Assembly (NCBI GenBank): GCA_036569465.1
Contig: DATCQO010000014.1
Coordinates: 9,507 to 73,506 of the forward strand
Reading direction: 5' to 3'
Source: Candidatus Microsaccharimonas sp.
GTDB taxonomy: Bacteria > Patescibacteriota > Saccharimonadia > Saccharimonadales > Saccharimonadaceae
Length of the DNA stretch: 64,000 nt
A program made the translations under genes and the position numbers. The notes under the pieces were generated by a model that was given only the letters and a program-made list of their open reading frames with translations, was not told the origin of the DNA and ran no database searches. Every line of letters begins with the position of its first letter. The first letter of the stretch is position 1. Shown here piece by piece: positions 37,973 to 47,991 of this stretch.

Positions 37973-38541
37973 AAAATAGTAAAAGCAAAATGACGCAAGC
38001 AACGACAACGCGTAATATTCTTGCGACAACGTTAGTGATCGTTATTATTGGTGCCGCTGTTGGATTCTACTTTGGCCTCCAGCTTATTAGAGGCTACGCC
38101 CTCGAAGTCACTCACGCAGTTACCGACTCACACGCCAGTGGCCAGAATATTGACGAGCTTAGTAAGCTGCAGCAGCAACTTGCTGACGGTCAGGGACTTG
38201 TAGCAAAGGCTGATGCACTCTTTTCAACGCCGGCAACCTACCAAACACAGGCACTCAAGGACATTTCCAAGTACGCCAGCGAAGCCGGTGTATCAATCTC
38301 GAGCATTGACTCTGCGAAGTCCGACACGGCAACTGGTGCCGCAACGACAGCTCCAGATTACTCGGAAACGATTACCATTCAAAGTCCAGTTTCTTACGCA
38401 AAATTCCTAAAATTCCTCGATGCCATCGAAGGCAACCTCCCGAAGATGCAAATTACTGGTATTACCATCGGCCGACCGACCATCCAAGCAGGCGATCAAA
38501 TTACAACTGATAAAATCACCGTAACGGTGTCGACAAGGTAA
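37969..38541 (+). CDS. PilO-like pilus assembly protein (positional call)
   Basis: 190 aa. Single N-terminal TM, coiled-coil segment and C-terminal domain. It shows ATGA overlap with pilN. Confidence 0.5.
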   Translation: MKNSKSKMTQATTTRNILATTLVIVIIGAAVGFYFGLQLIRGYALEVTHAVTDSHASGQNIDELSKLQQQLADGQGLVAKADALFSTPATYQTQALKDISKYASEAGVSISSIDSAKSDTATGAATTAPDYSETITIQSPVSYAKFLKFLDAIEGNLPKMQITGITIGRPTIQAGDQITTDKITVTVSTR

Positions 38542-38543
38542 CT

Positions 38544-38831
38544 ATGAAAGATTTAACACTGACATCATTATTCAAACCAGTCCTTCCTCTATTCAGGAAG
38601 TACCACTTGACGATCTTTATTGTGTTTATTGTTGCAGGTCTCGGATATGCCGTCTTTGCCTTCACAAATCTCCTTGGAGAAACGGCAACAGATAACACAT
38701 ACACCTCACCTATTAGCGCGGGCACAATCGATCAGGCAACGCTCAATCGGATCAAAGCGCTCCACACCAGTGACGAGGCGACACCAGCGCTTGTAGCGCC
38801 TACAGGACGCACTAATCCCTTCTCTGAGTAA
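38544..38831 (+). CDS. Small single-TM protein in the pilus operon
   Basis: 95 aa. TM segment LTIFIVFIVAGLGYAVFAF. It starts 3 nt after the preceding gene. Confidence 0.5.
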   Translation: MKDLTLTSLFKPVLPLFRKYHLTIFIVFIVAGLGYAVFAFTNLLGETATDNTYTSPISAGTIDQATLNRIKALHTSDEATPALVAPTGRTNPFSE

Positions 38832-38857
38832 CAAGAGAAATAAGGTATACTAATATT

Positions 38858-39439
38858 ATGCTAGTGCTTGGTACACGCCTCAAAGAGACACCTGTTATGA
38901 GCCTCCAAACAGGCACTCGATTAGCGACTATCGGCACACCACTTATTAGTCCGGCAAATCTAAAAATTATTGCGTTTGAACTTGAAGGTCCGCTCCTCAC
39001 CGAGAAACCTTCATTTCTTCGTGTTGCCGACATTCGTGAACTGAGTGGTGTCGGCATGATTATCGACAGTAGCGACGAGCTACTTGCACTGGATGATGTC
39101 ATTAAAATTAAAGAACTATACGAGCTAGGTTTTAGGCTCATCGGTATGAACGTCGTCGATGAACATAAAAGAAAGCTCGGAAAAGTCGATAATTATACGG
39201 TTGAAACCGGCAGTTTTGTTATTGAACAACTCAACGTGAAACACGGTATTTTACGTGGTTTAACAGATACAGGTACTCTTATTCATCGTTCTCAAATCAC
39301 AGAAATTAACGACACGACCATCGTCGTGAAAAGCACGGCAAAAAAGATTACTGCCGAACCAGTTATGGAAGCAGTTCGACACGAATACGTGAATCCATTC
39401 AGGCGACCCGCCGGACAACCTGAACATATAGACAGCTAA
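38858..39439 (+). CDS. PRC-barrel-like double-domain protein at the end of the pilus operon
   Basis: 193 aa. LIGMNVVDEHKRKLGKVDNYTVETGSFVIEQLNV fits the PRC-barrel pattern (G..V.d..g..lG.v.d...d...g.i..l.v). A weaker first repeat is at aa 14-70. Confidence 0.5.
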   Translation: MLVLGTRLKETPVMSLQTGTRLATIGTPLISPANLKIIAFELEGPLLTEKPSFLRVADIRELSGVGMIIDSSDELLALDDVIKIKELYELGFRLIGMNVVDEHKRKLGKVDNYTVETGSFVIEQLNVKHGILRGLTDTGTLIHRSQITEINDTTIVVKSTAKKITAEPVMEAVRHEYVNPFRRPAGQPEHIDS

Positions 39440-39442
39440 GTT

Positions 39443-40135
39443 CTAGATACTCTCTTGCTCATCATTGTTCTGCAGCGCCGTCTTGATATCATCATAACTA
39501 AAGCCTTGGCGTGCCAAATACGACATGAACTTTTGTTCATCGTCATAGCGAGGTCGTTTCTTTTCAATCACTTTTTGCAGTTCAGTAATGTCGTTTCGGT
39601 CAGTCTCGCTGAGAAGTTTTTCGATAATCGTTCGCTCGACACCCTTGGCGCTTAACTCTGCAGAAAGTTTTCGTTTACTCGAACCTTTTCGAAGATTACG
39701 ATTTTCAATCCAATAGGCGGTAAACTTTTCGTCATCAATGTAACCCTTTGTTTGAAGCCTATCAAAAACGCGCTCGGTCAAAGCAACCGAGACGCCTTTT
39801 CGTACTGCACCCTCTTTCGTACGCGTATCGCGTGTCTTGCGATACAAATAGTCTTTCAGTTCACGCTGACTATGCGGACGCATAAGGCAGTATTCAAGTG
39901 CCCGCATATATAACTTGCCGAATTGACTTTCTTCTTCCAGCGCAACAAGTTCATCCTCGGTGTATTCCTTGCCAATCTTTATTCCTAGATCGACAAGTTG
40001 GAATACATCGAGGCTCAAACGATATTTACCATTAACAGACACGTTGACGCGATCTTTATCTCGCTTTTGTGCAGAGATGGCCGTAATTTTCAAAGTTGAA
40101 CCTTCTGGCTGATCAACTCCGCTCAGTATTTTCAC
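39443..40135 (-). CDS. recX: Recombination regulator RecX
   Basis: 230 aa. Three-helix repeats (RALEYCLMRPHSQRELKDYL..., ERVFDRLQTKGYIDDEKFTAYWIENR...). It lies immediately downstream of recA. Confidence 0.8.
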   Translation of the reverse strand: MKILSGVDQPEGSTLKITAISAQKRDKDRVNVSVNGKYRLSLDVFQLVDLGIKIGKEYTEDELVALEEESQFGKLYMRALEYCLMRPHSQRELKDYLYRKTRDTRTKEGAVRKGVSVALTERVFDRLQTKGYIDDEKFTAYWIENRNLRKGSSKRKLSAELSAKGVERTIIEKLLSETDRNDITELQKVIEKKRPRYDDEQKFMSYLARQGFSYDDIKTALQNNDEQESI

Positions 40136-40147
40136 TTGGACAACGTG

Positions 40148-41191
40148 CTACGCAGCAGCTTCTTCTGCAACCTTAGCGCGTACCTTTGCTTCGATCTCTG
40201 CCAGGACTTCTGGGTTCTTCGCAAGGTATGCTTTGCTTGCTTCACGACCTTGGCCAATTTTTGCATCAGCGTAGTCGAACCAGGCACCACTTTTACCAAC
40301 GATATTGTGGAGGACTGCAAGATCAAGTACATCACCAGTTTTTGAAATACCTTCGTTATACATGATGTCGAATTCAGCGACACGGAAAGGAGGTGCGATT
40401 TTGTTCTTCACCACCTTTACCTTTGTACGGTTTCCAATAATCTCTTCACCATTCTTGATTTGGCCTGTACGACGGATATCGAGACGAACTGAAGCATAGA
40501 ACTTCAATGCATTACCGCCAGTAGTCGTTTCAGGGTTACCAAACATCACACCGATTTTCATACGAATCTGGTTAATGAAAATAACAGTAGTATGACTCTT
40601 GCTGATAATACCAGTCAGCTTTCGAAGTGCCTGGCTCATCAAACGAGCCTGAAGACCCATGTGACTATCGCCCATTTCGCCTTCAATTTCGGCTTGTGGT
40701 ACTAGTGCTGCAACGGAGTCGACGACAACAAGGTCAACTGCGTTCGAGCGAACAAGTGTTTCGGCAATTTCCAGTGCTTGCTCACCGTTATCTGGTTGTG
40801 AAACCAGAAGGTTATCCGTATCGACACCAAGTTTACGGGCGTAAGCTGGATCAAGTGCGTGCTCTGCGTCGATAAATGCAGCCGTGCCACCTAGTTTTTG
40901 GACTTCAGCGATTGCGTGAAGCGTCAACGTCGTCTTACCGGAACTCTCAGGACCGTAGATCTCTAGGATACGACCTTTTGGATAACCACCGCCAAGCGCA
41001 AGGTCGAGTGACAATGCGCCACTACTCACCAGTTCGACATCAACTGTTTTAGTATCACCAAGACGACGAATTGCGCCATCACCAAATTGCTTGTTAATTT
41101 GTTCCTGTGCAAGACCGAGGGCCTTTAGCTTACCTTCGTTTGCGGTAGGTTTTTCAGGCAGCTCAGTATTCTTTTCTGATTTTTTCGGCAT
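40148..41191 (-). CDS. recA: Recombinase RecA
   Basis: 347 aa. [16 protein letters not shown] Walker [10 protein letters not shown] Walker B and the L1/L2 loops. Confidence 0.98.
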   Translation of the reverse strand: MPKKSEKNTELPEKPTANEGKLKALGLAQEQINKQFGDGAIRRLGDTKTVDVELVSSGALSLDLALGGGYPKGRILEIYGPESSGKTTLTLHAIAEVQKLGGTAAFIDAEHALDPAYARKLGVDTDNLLVSQPDNGEQALEIAETLVRSNAVDLVVVDSVAALVPQAEIEGEMGDSHMGLQARLMSQALRKLTGIISKSHTTVIFINQIRMKIGVMFGNPETTTGGNALKFYASVRLDIRRTGQIKNGEEIIGNRTKVKVVKNKIAPPFRVAEFDIMYNEGISKTGDVLDLAVLHNIVGKSGAWFDYADAKIGQGREASKAYLAKNPEVLAEIEAKVRAKVAEEAAA

Positions 41192-41272
41192 ATAGATTCC
41201 CTCTCTTAATTCACCCTTTATTATACGCGGGCGAATCTTAATTTGCTATAAACTACGTTATAATCATAAGTA

Positions 41273-41677
41273 ATGAAAACTACACGCACGTCAAACAGCG
41301 GCTTCACCATTATCGAGCTCATTTTTATCATCGTTTTACTAGGCGCAGCGAGCGTGCTATTCTTTGTCCAAAAAAATAACCTAGAAGTTGCTGGTCGAGA
41401 TGAAACTCGAAAGACATCCATCAACGCAATGTATTACAGTATCGAAGAGGTTTATTTCAAGACAAACGGATACTACCCTCGAACTATCAATGCGACAGTC
41501 CTACCTTCTGTTGATCCAGCACTTTTTACAGACCCTAGCGGTATAAAGATTGGCGAAGCAACGAGTAACTATCGCTATGAGCCATACAATTGTAACGGTG
41601 ACCAATGCAAGAACTACACCCTACGGACTATACTTGAAAACGAAGACGACTACGTCAAAACAAACCGAAGCAACTAG
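41273..41677 (+). CDS. Type IV pilin / pseudopilin
   Basis: 134 aa. Prepilin leader and cleavage motif SNSG|FTIIELIFIIVLLGAASVLFF with Glu at +5. There is a Cys pair in the C-terminal domain (C..C at YNCNGDQC). Confidence 0.8.
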   Translation: MKTTRTSNSGFTIIELIFIIVLLGAASVLFFVQKNNLEVAGRDETRKTSINAMYYSIEEVYFKTNGYYPRTINATVLPSVDPALFTDPSGIKIGEATSNYRYEPYNCNGDQCKNYTLRTILENEDDYVKTNRSN

Positions 41678-41683
41678 AAAAAA

Positions 41684-42451
41684 CTAATCCTCGACAGGGC
41701 GACCGTTTTTGAATGCTTCAACAGCGTTGTTAAGCGTTGCGATATGCTGTCTAGGATTTGGTGCGTAATTAAATCGATACGTATTTTCATCCCCTTGGGT
41801 GCTCAGTCGAATTGTTCCGTAATTAATAATCTGCTGCAGCAGCCCCTCTTGGTAATAACTTGCATCTTCAATATTACCGAGGCTGATAGTTTGTTCGTGC
41901 TGAGAAAACAAGCTTATTTGAATTTCTTGAATGACACTCTCATTGGTGAGATAAAACCTGTTATTTGTATACACATAATATGAGATAAACATACCAAGGG
42001 CGACGACAACACAAAATAGTAGAACGGGAACAGTGATCACTGATGCTTCAGCGAGTGAACCTTGAATACTGAGTGCATCGACAATCGCAGCGTAGTTAGA
42101 TAACACTATCAGCGCAACCGTAATAAGAAAAGCGCCAAGGACGAGCGGAATAATAAGGCCGATTGGGTGACGCCGCAAAGCACTGATGATATATTCGTTT
42201 TCGCTTAAATTTAGCGACGGGTAAAGTCGGGCTGATCGTTCATGTCGTTTCTGTATGTCTTCACTCACATCTTGCTTAATGGGATTCATCGAACGTGCGA
42301 TATGAACGACTTGCTGCGCTGCAGTCTGCGTTAAGGTTGTAGGAGCTGCAGGCGGCGTTGGTGGATGTGCATACAGCGGTCGACCTTCAGCATCATACGC
42401 AACGGGCTGGTTATAATCATCTTTCACTGTGTTAGATTCATCAGGTTTCAT
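41684..42451 (-). CDS. Membrane protein with bacterial PH (bPH_2/YdbS-YdbT-like) domain
   Basis: 255 aa. Pro-rich N-terminus, two TM helices, then FYLTNESVIQEIQ...IEDASYYQEGLLQQIINYGTIRLST, the typical bPH_2 pattern. Confidence 0.6.
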   Translation of the reverse strand: MKPDESNTVKDDYNQPVAYDAEGRPLYAHPPTPPAAPTTLTQTAAQQVVHIARSMNPIKQDVSEDIQKRHERSARLYPSLNLSENEYIISALRRHPIGLIIPLVLGAFLITVALIVLSNYAAIVDALSIQGSLAEASVITVPVLLFCVVVALGMFISYYVYTNNRFYLTNESVIQEIQISLFSQHEQTISLGNIEDASYYQEGLLQQIINYGTIRLSTQGDENTYRFNYAPNPRQHIATLNNAVEAFKNGRPVED

Positions 42452-42467
42452 ACAGTTATTATAGCAA

Positions 42468-43487
42468 CTACGCTACAGGTTCCTCGGGTGTTTTTCCAAT
42501 ATGCTTGTACGCCTTCATAGTTGCACGGCGACCGCGAGGCGTTCGTTCAATAAATCCGATTTGTAACAGATACGGTTCGTAAAAATCCTCAATCGTTGTC
42601 GCTTCGTCACCTGTGAGTGCAGCCAGCGTATTGAGTCCTACCGGTTCACTGCCGTAATTATCAATCATATGTGTTAAAAGGTTTCGATCACCTGGATCGA
42701 GCCCTAGTTCATCAATCTCAAGTAATTCAAGCGCCTTCGTTGTAATGACCGTGTCAATAATGCCGTCACCGTTCACATCAGCGTAATCACGAACTCGCTT
42801 CAAAAGTCGGTTGGCGATACGCGGGGTCAAGCGCGCACGCGTCGAAAGCGTGTTCGCTGATGCCTCATCGATTTCGTTGCCCAGGATTGATGCAGCCCGG
42901 AGGATAATCTGACTAATTTCATTTGGTTCGTAAAACTCGAGGCGATAAATATGTCCGAAACGATCACGGAGTGGCGCCGCCAGTGCACCAGCACGAGTTG
43001 TCGCACCGATAATAGTAAACTTCGGCAAATCAAGGCGAACGCTTCGGGCGGCTGGACCTTTGCCGATCATAATATCAAGTTTGTAATCTTCCATTGCCGA
43101 ATACAGTACTTCCTCGACAGATCGGCCAAGGCGATGAATTTCATCGATAAACAATATGTCACCATCCTGAAGATTGGTCAGAATACTGGCAAGATCCCCT
43201 GCTTTTTCGATTGCAGGACCAGAGGTCACACGAATACTTTTGCCCATTTCATTCGCAATGACTGTGGCCATTGTTGTCTTGCCTAATCCTGGTGGCCCAT
43301 TCAACAGAATGTGGTCAAGTGGTTCATCTCGTTTTTTCGCTGCATCAATCGCAAGCTTCAGGTTCTTCTTGAGGCGGTCTTGACCGACATAATCATCAAA
43401 TGAGCGAGGACGAAGGGTAACTTCAATAATTTGCTCATCAACATCTTCTTCGTGATCACTAGTATCAACAATGCGTTCAATTGCCAT
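42468..43487 (-). CDS. ruvB: Holliday junction helicase RuvB
   Basis: 339 aa. [12 protein letters not shown], Walker [10 protein letters not shown], Walker B FIDEIHRL and sensor motifs. Confidence 0.97.
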   Translation of the reverse strand: MAIERIVDTSDHEEDVDEQIIEVTLRPRSFDDYVGQDRLKKNLKLAIDAAKKRDEPLDHILLNGPPGLGKTTMATVIANEMGKSIRVTSGPAIEKAGDLASILTNLQDGDILFIDEIHRLGRSVEEVLYSAMEDYKLDIMIGKGPAARSVRLDLPKFTIIGATTRAGALAAPLRDRFGHIYRLEFYEPNEISQIILRAASILGNEIDEASANTLSTRARLTPRIANRLLKRVRDYADVNGDGIIDTVITTKALELLEIDELGLDPGDRNLLTHMIDNYGSEPVGLNTLAALTGDEATTIEDFYEPYLLQIGFIERTPRGRRATMKAYKHIGKTPEEPVA

Positions 43488-44062
43488 TAGTTCTGCGCCT
43501 TCAATGCCAACGTGACACGCTGTGCGGTCGGAAGATCAGCTGGTACAGTCTCGAGTGCAATCATCGCATCGTTCAAATTGTAACCGAGTGCCATCAACGC
43601 CTCGAGGGCTTCATCACCAGCTGGTGTCGAGACGGAACCGCTGGCATGTGCAACGTTCACTGCAAGCCCAACCTTATCGGAGAGGTCAACAGTCACACGC
43701 TCGGCGGTCTTCTTACCAACGCCACTTGCCTTTGTAATAAATCCACTGTCGCTGTTGGCAATCGCATTACGGACAATCTCACTGTCACCAAGGCTCAAGA
43801 TCGCAAGCGCAGCCTTCGGACCAACGCCCTGCACTGTAATAAGCATTTCAAATAATTTCTTTGCAGACAGTGACGAGAAGCCAAAAAGTTCCTGTGACTG
43901 TTCACGGATATGATGATACGTATAAAACTTTACCGGTTCACCCAAAAGAGTTCGGTCAAAATCACCGGCTGGCACTTGCACTTCATACCCAATATCGTGT
44001 ACATCAACGATCACCGAGTTCGCAAATTTTTCAGCCACTACTCCAGAAACATGCGCAATCAT
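43487..44062 (-). CDS. ruvA: Holliday junction DNA-binding protein RuvA
   Basis: The start was reset to ATG 44062-44060 ([13 protein letters not shown]...). It has the HhH motifs [15 protein letters not shown] and [13 protein letters not shown]. The stop overlaps the ruvB start by 1 nt. Confidence 0.92.
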   Translation of the reverse strand: MIAHVSGVVAEKFANSVIVDVHDIGYEVQVPAGDFDRTLLGEPVKFYTYHHIREQSQELFGFSSLSAKKLFEMLITVQGVGPKAALAILSLGDSEIVRNAIANSDSGFITKASGVGKKTAERVTVDLSDKVGLAVNVAHASGSVSTPAGDEALEALMALGYNLNDAMIALETVPADLPTAQRVTLALKAQN

Positions 44063-44150
44063 GTGTCTATTATGACACATCTATAACGAACTTGTGTTCT
44101 CGCGTAAAAAGTTAATCGTCGGGTAAGATTAACAGCATATAGTCTGAAGT

Positions 44151-44756
44151 ATGCAGAGCTTCCTTCACGGCGCATTACTACACGATAGTGGCTATTTCCA
44201 TGTTTGGATCAGTAGCGTTAAAGACGTGGTATTTTTTAATAACAGTGAAGACAAGGCATTTTTCATGACGTTGATACAAGACAATCTTTCACCTCGTGGC
44301 AAGTTAGCAGAACTAAACGTGCGGATGCGCGGCTACTCCTCAGAGATTGATCTGCTTGCCTACTCGTTGACCGAAACAGGCGTGCACCTTTTAGTCCATA
44401 CTTCGAGAAAAACTGCGATCGAAGAACTTGGACAAGCTTTACTGATTGCATATCAAACCTACGCGCAGCAGCAAACCGAGCTAAAGCAGCTGCCTTTTGA
44501 TACCATCTTTATTTTCGATAAACTCAGAGGTCGTCACGAAGCCCTTCATGTCTCAAGAGAAATCCATTTGCTTCATGACGAGTGGCGCTATGATCGCTAT
44601 TCGAGTATCGGCTTTTATCTTGATGATCGACGCGGGGACTGGATGCGTCCGTATCGCCTGACCTCACTATTTAATGCAAAGCCGAAACAATATCTTCGGT
44701 TCATGAAAAGTCAGGAAACCGAAAGTGATAGAGTATTTGAATACCTCGAGACCTAA
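44151..44756 (+). CDS. Degenerate IS200/RayT-like (HUH Y1 transposase fold) protein, probably inactive
   Basis: 201 aa. YFHVWISSVKDVVFFNNSEDKAFFMTLIQDNL ... DLLAYSLTETGVHLLVHT ... IHLLHDEWRYDRYSSIGFYL follows the Y1_Tnp/RayT pattern (HV..R......F...ED...F...L / L.AY.LM.NH.HLL / IHLNP......Y.WSS). The HUH retains only one clear His, and the GxLFQxRY catalytic Tyr segment is replaced by PFDTIFIFDKL. Confidence 0.5.
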   Translation: MQSFLHGALLHDSGYFHVWISSVKDVVFFNNSEDKAFFMTLIQDNLSPRGKLAELNVRMRGYSSEIDLLAYSLTETGVHLLVHTSRKTAIEELGQALLIAYQTYAQQQTELKQLPFDTIFIFDKLRGRHEALHVSREIHLLHDEWRYDRYSSIGFYLDDRRGDWMRPYRLTSLFNAKPKQYLRFMKSQETESDRVFEYLET

Positions 44757-44763
44757 TGCAAGA

Positions 44764-45243
44764 TTAATCTGATAATCGTGTCATCAATGAGTGAGTAATT
44801 GCAGCAGCAAGTGCATCGGCGCAATCGTCTGGTTGCGGTACTTCTTTCAGACCAAGTTGAATACGGACCATTTCTTGGACCTGTTTTTTATCAGCTTTGC
44901 CATAGCCCGTCAGTGACTGCTTGATCTGCGGCGGTGTATATTCCGATATCGGCAGCTTGGCTTTTCTCGCAACTAGCATAGACACACCGCGAGCCTCAGC
45001 GACCGTCATTGCAGTAGTGACATTGTTTGTAAAGAATAGTTTTTCGATTGAAAACTGATCCGGCTTCGTCTCGGCAATAATTTCTGTCAGGCCATCAAAG
45101 ATTTCTTCTAACCGCTCATCATGCGGTGTATGCGGCGCAGTACGAATTACACCAGCGGTCACCATTTTGAACTTGTTATTAACCACGTCTATAACGCCAA
45201 ATCCCAAAATACCCGTGCCTGGATCAATCCCAATGATTCTCAT
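44764..45243 (-). CDS. ruvC: Holliday junction resolvase RuvC
   Basis: The start was reset to ATG 45243-45241 (MRIIGIDPGTGILGFGVID...). The catalytic D/E/D/D pattern is present, including the C-terminal PDDCADALAAA. Confidence 0.93.
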   Translation of the reverse strand: MRIIGIDPGTGILGFGVIDVVNNKFKMVTAGVIRTAPHTPHDERLEEIFDGLTEIIAETKPDQFSIEKLFFTNNVTTAMTVAEARGVSMLVARKAKLPISEYTPPQIKQSLTGYGKADKKQVQEMVRIQLGLKEVPQPDDCADALAAAITHSLMTRLSD

Positions 45244-45259
45244 ATATCTCCAGTATATG

Positions 45260-46861
45260 TTACTTGCGAAGCCGAGCAAACCGAAGAACATGCATATACG
45301 ACTTTCTGAAGAACTTTCCTATCTCATCGTGCCATTCCCAAATCGCATATGAGATAGCTAGCAACAACACGCCACCAACCGCAGCCCATACGTACCAGTT
45401 ACCTCCACTTTTTGTCTCAGCGCCAAGGACACCGTAGTCAGCACCGGGCATTTTCGTAATGGTACGGCAACGATTTGTGTCTGGATTCCGCTCTTGGCCA
45501 TCTTTACATGCAGCCGGTGCCGATGCACTGACAATCTTGCGACAGCGATTTGTATCAGGGTTTCTTTCCTCATCTTCCTCACAAGGCGTCACCGTTTTCG
45601 CATCACTAGCGATATTGCGGCACCTATTTGTTTCTTCACTGCGATACTGACCATCCTTGCACGGCGTGACAGATCCAGTACCTGTGCTAATCAAGCGACA
45701 GCGATTTGTCTCGAGGCTACGATATTGATTTACCGCGCATGGTTGCTGCGTCACTTGTGCATCAGTCTCAGGAATGCTAGCGTCTGCTGCGAGATTCACG
45801 AGCCCTGGTGTTGGTTGATTCGTATATTGCCACTCGTCGTTAATATTTGCCCAGCTTTGGCCATCTTTCGGGTCAATATATGCCGGTACTTCATGAATCA
45901 CTGCCCCGTCATCGGCAAGTGCAAGTCCAACACGACTCGATGAGTTAAGGAGGGTAAATGGAATTTCGGTATTCGTGAAACTTGCATAGCCGTTAGGTTG
46001 AATAGTTGAGCCCTCTGGAAAATAGTACGTATTCTCATAATTTGGACCAACCAATAACTTATAGTTCGCTAGCGAAACAATCATGTTATTAGGATTAAAT
46101 AGTTCGATAAATTCTTGGCCTTCGTCACTGCCAACTGCATTCGGAAGTATCTCACTCAAATTGAGTTGTATGATTGCACGTGCAACACACTCACCTGTCG
46201 GCGCGAACTCTTTACCAATAGGAAGTATCGCCTGAGTACCCTCAATATTTGGACAAATATCAATAATAGTCGTATCAATTTCTGTCTCATCAGCTGGCAG
46301 AACACTGGGTAGCGTCACCGACCAATCCGCACTCGTGTCGGTATCTTGATAGAGCACCGGAACGCCTGAACCATGTCGTTCAAATTGCACTCCCGCACTT
46401 ATCGATGTCGTCCAAGTTTGACGATCAATAACAGACCCTAGGTGATCAAGTAATGAAATCGTATCACTACTGCCTATAATACTGCCACTACTTTGACTGG
46501 TAGGAATATAGGTCATCGTCACAACACCGATTGGCTGCGTAATAGCAAACGTTGTTGACGCCACCACTGCGTGTCCGTGTGCTGGTAAATACATTTCTTG
46601 TCCAACCCCTGGCGGATTAAAGCAAGTAATGACTGCGTTACTTTTATTAGTAAGGCACCACCCGGAAATATCTACCTCTTCGGTGGAATTATTATATATA
46701 ACAATAAATTCTTGGGTTGCTGCACCAATCCCACCCGCCTGAATTTGAGTGATAAGAACAGTAGCTGAAGCGGCGTATGCCCGAGAAATCATCTGCGGGA
46801 CATACGCACTCGAGAGGAGAACTACCACACTCACCACAAATCCGAGAAACACTTTCAGCAT
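45260..46861 (-). CDS. Surface-anchored protein with two lamin-tail domains (LTD) and a Cys-pair tandem repeat stalk
   Basis: 533 aa. Signal peptide. LTD-like modules VLITQIQAGG...EFIVIYNNSTEEVDISGW and LSEILPNAVGSDEGQEFIELFNPNNMIVSLANYKL. Four C-x(12-13)-NRCR repeats. C-terminal TM segment WAAVGGVLLLAISYAIW. Confidence 0.75.
   Translation of the reverse strand: MLKVFLGFVVSVVVLLSSAYVPQMISRAYAASATVLITQIQAGGIGAATQEFIVIYNNSTEEVDISGWCLTNKSNAVITCFNPPGVGQEMYLPAHGHAVVASTTFAITQPIGVVTMTYIPTSQSSGSIIGSSDTISLLDHLGSVIDRQTWTTSISAGVQFERHGSGVPVLYQDTDTSADWSVTLPSVLPADETEIDTTIIDICPNIEGTQAILPIGKEFAPTGECVARAIIQLNLSEILPNAVGSDEGQEFIELFNPNNMIVSLANYKLLVGPNYENTYYFPEGSTIQPNGYASFTNTEIPFTLLNSSSRVGLALADDGAVIHEVPAYIDPKDGQSWANINDEWQYTNQPTPGLVNLAADASIPETDAQVTQQPCAVNQYRSLETNRCRLISTGTGSVTPCKDGQYRSEETNRCRNIASDAKTVTPCEEDEERNPDTNRCRKIVSASAPAACKDGQERNPDTNRCRTITKMPGADYGVLGAETKSGGNWYVWAAVGGVLLLAISYAIWEWHDEIGKFFRKSYMHVLRFARLRK
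45464..45739 (-). repeat. In-frame tandem repeat (4 copies, about 23-26 aa each) inside the LTD gene
   Basis: CAVNQYRSLETNRCRLI / CKDGQYRSEETNRCRNI / CEEDEERNPDTNRCRKI / CKDGQERNPDTNRCRTI. The recurring DNA core is (A/C)GCGATTTGT. Confidence 0.85.
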
Positions 46862-46926
46862 GTTTCTTAGTATAGAAAGTGAATATTAACTAGTTATGAG
46901 CTTTACCCAAAAAAGAACAAGAAAGA

Positions 46927-47646
46927 CTAAACGTCAGCCGTAATATCGGCATTGGTATGCACATTTGTCACATCATCAAGATCATCGAGCGCATCCATCA
47001 GCCTCAAGACTTTTTCGGCCTTTTCAACGTCACCAACAATGACAGAAGCATTGGGAACGTATTGCAATTCAGCACCAGTCACCTTGAGACCGGCTTCCAT
47101 AATCGCTGTCCGAACCTTTGCGAGGTCCTTTTGCTCTGTATACACAATCATTTCACCATCTTCTTCGATGGCATCTTCTGCACCAGCATCAAGAACGCTC
47201 AGCAGTGCATCCTCGCCCGTCGCCTCAACGTTAATCACACCCTTACGGGTAAACTGGAACATCACGCTTCCGGCGTCGGCAATGCGTCCACCATTTTTAG
47301 CCAGTGCATTCTTTACTTCGGGAAACGTACGATTTTTGTTGTCAGTTGCCGTCTCGATAATAATACCGATACCGCCCGGGCCCATTGCTTCGTAAGCAGT
47401 CTCTTCAAGGACTGCCGCATTCTTATCAGACACGCGGTCAATCGCACGTTGAATGTTCGCGACCGGCATATTGGCTTGCTTGGCTTTTTCAATCGCCATC
47501 TGTAGAGATGCGTTCATTGTAGGGTCGGCGCCACTACGGGCTGCGATGGCAATTTGATTGCCTAGTTTCGTAAAGATAGCGCCACGCTTGGCATCTTTTG
47601 CACCTTTTTCACGCTTGATTGTTGACCATTTGCTGTGTCCAGACAT
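46927..47646 (-). CDS. yebC: YebC/PmpR-family transcriptional regulator
   Basis: 239 aa. MSGHSKWSTIKREKGAKDAKRGAIFTKL is the invariant family N-terminus. Confidence 0.93.
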   Translation of the reverse strand: MSGHSKWSTIKREKGAKDAKRGAIFTKLGNQIAIAARSGADPTMNASLQMAIEKAKQANMPVANIQRAIDRVSDKNAAVLEETAYEAMGPGGIGIIIETATDNKNRTFPEVKNALAKNGGRIADAGSVMFQFTRKGVINVEATGEDALLSVLDAGAEDAIEEDGEMIVYTEQKDLAKVRTAIMEAGLKVTGAELQYVPNASVIVGDVEKAEKVLRLMDALDDLDDVTNVHTNADITADV

Positions 47647-47720
47647 AAAGAATCTCCGTTAGTTCTCGGTAAATTTATGTTTATTATACCAGATGTATAA
47701 GGCTATTTAAAGGGGTGGGG

Positions 47721-47933
47721 CTATTTGCCGTAGCTTGAGCTGCCGTAACCGCTGCTTTGTGACTTTGAACCCTCTTCAGAGCTAGGGCTTGTGAGTCCAC
47801 GGCTTCCAAGGAGCATACGAACGAGTCCAGTCACACCAATAATACCAAGAGCAACAGTACCGGCGTACTTCAGGAAATCTTTACGATCCATTTTCTCTTG
47901 TAGCAATGCATCAATTTGAGTTTTGATTGGCAT
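47721..47933 (-). CDS. Small protein with a single TM segment and Ser/Gly-rich tail
   Basis: 70 aa. DRKDFLKYAGTVALGIIGVTGLV resembles a Tat-like signal without the twin Arg. No function assigned. Confidence 0.45.
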   Translation of the reverse strand: MPIKTQIDALLQEKMDRKDFLKYAGTVALGIIGVTGLVRMLLGSRGLTSPSSEEGSKSQSSGYGSSSYGK

Positions 47934-47991
47934 GAACTGTTCCCTTTATTAATACCTATAGTTAATCAGAAAGGTTAACGAAGCACAAGCC

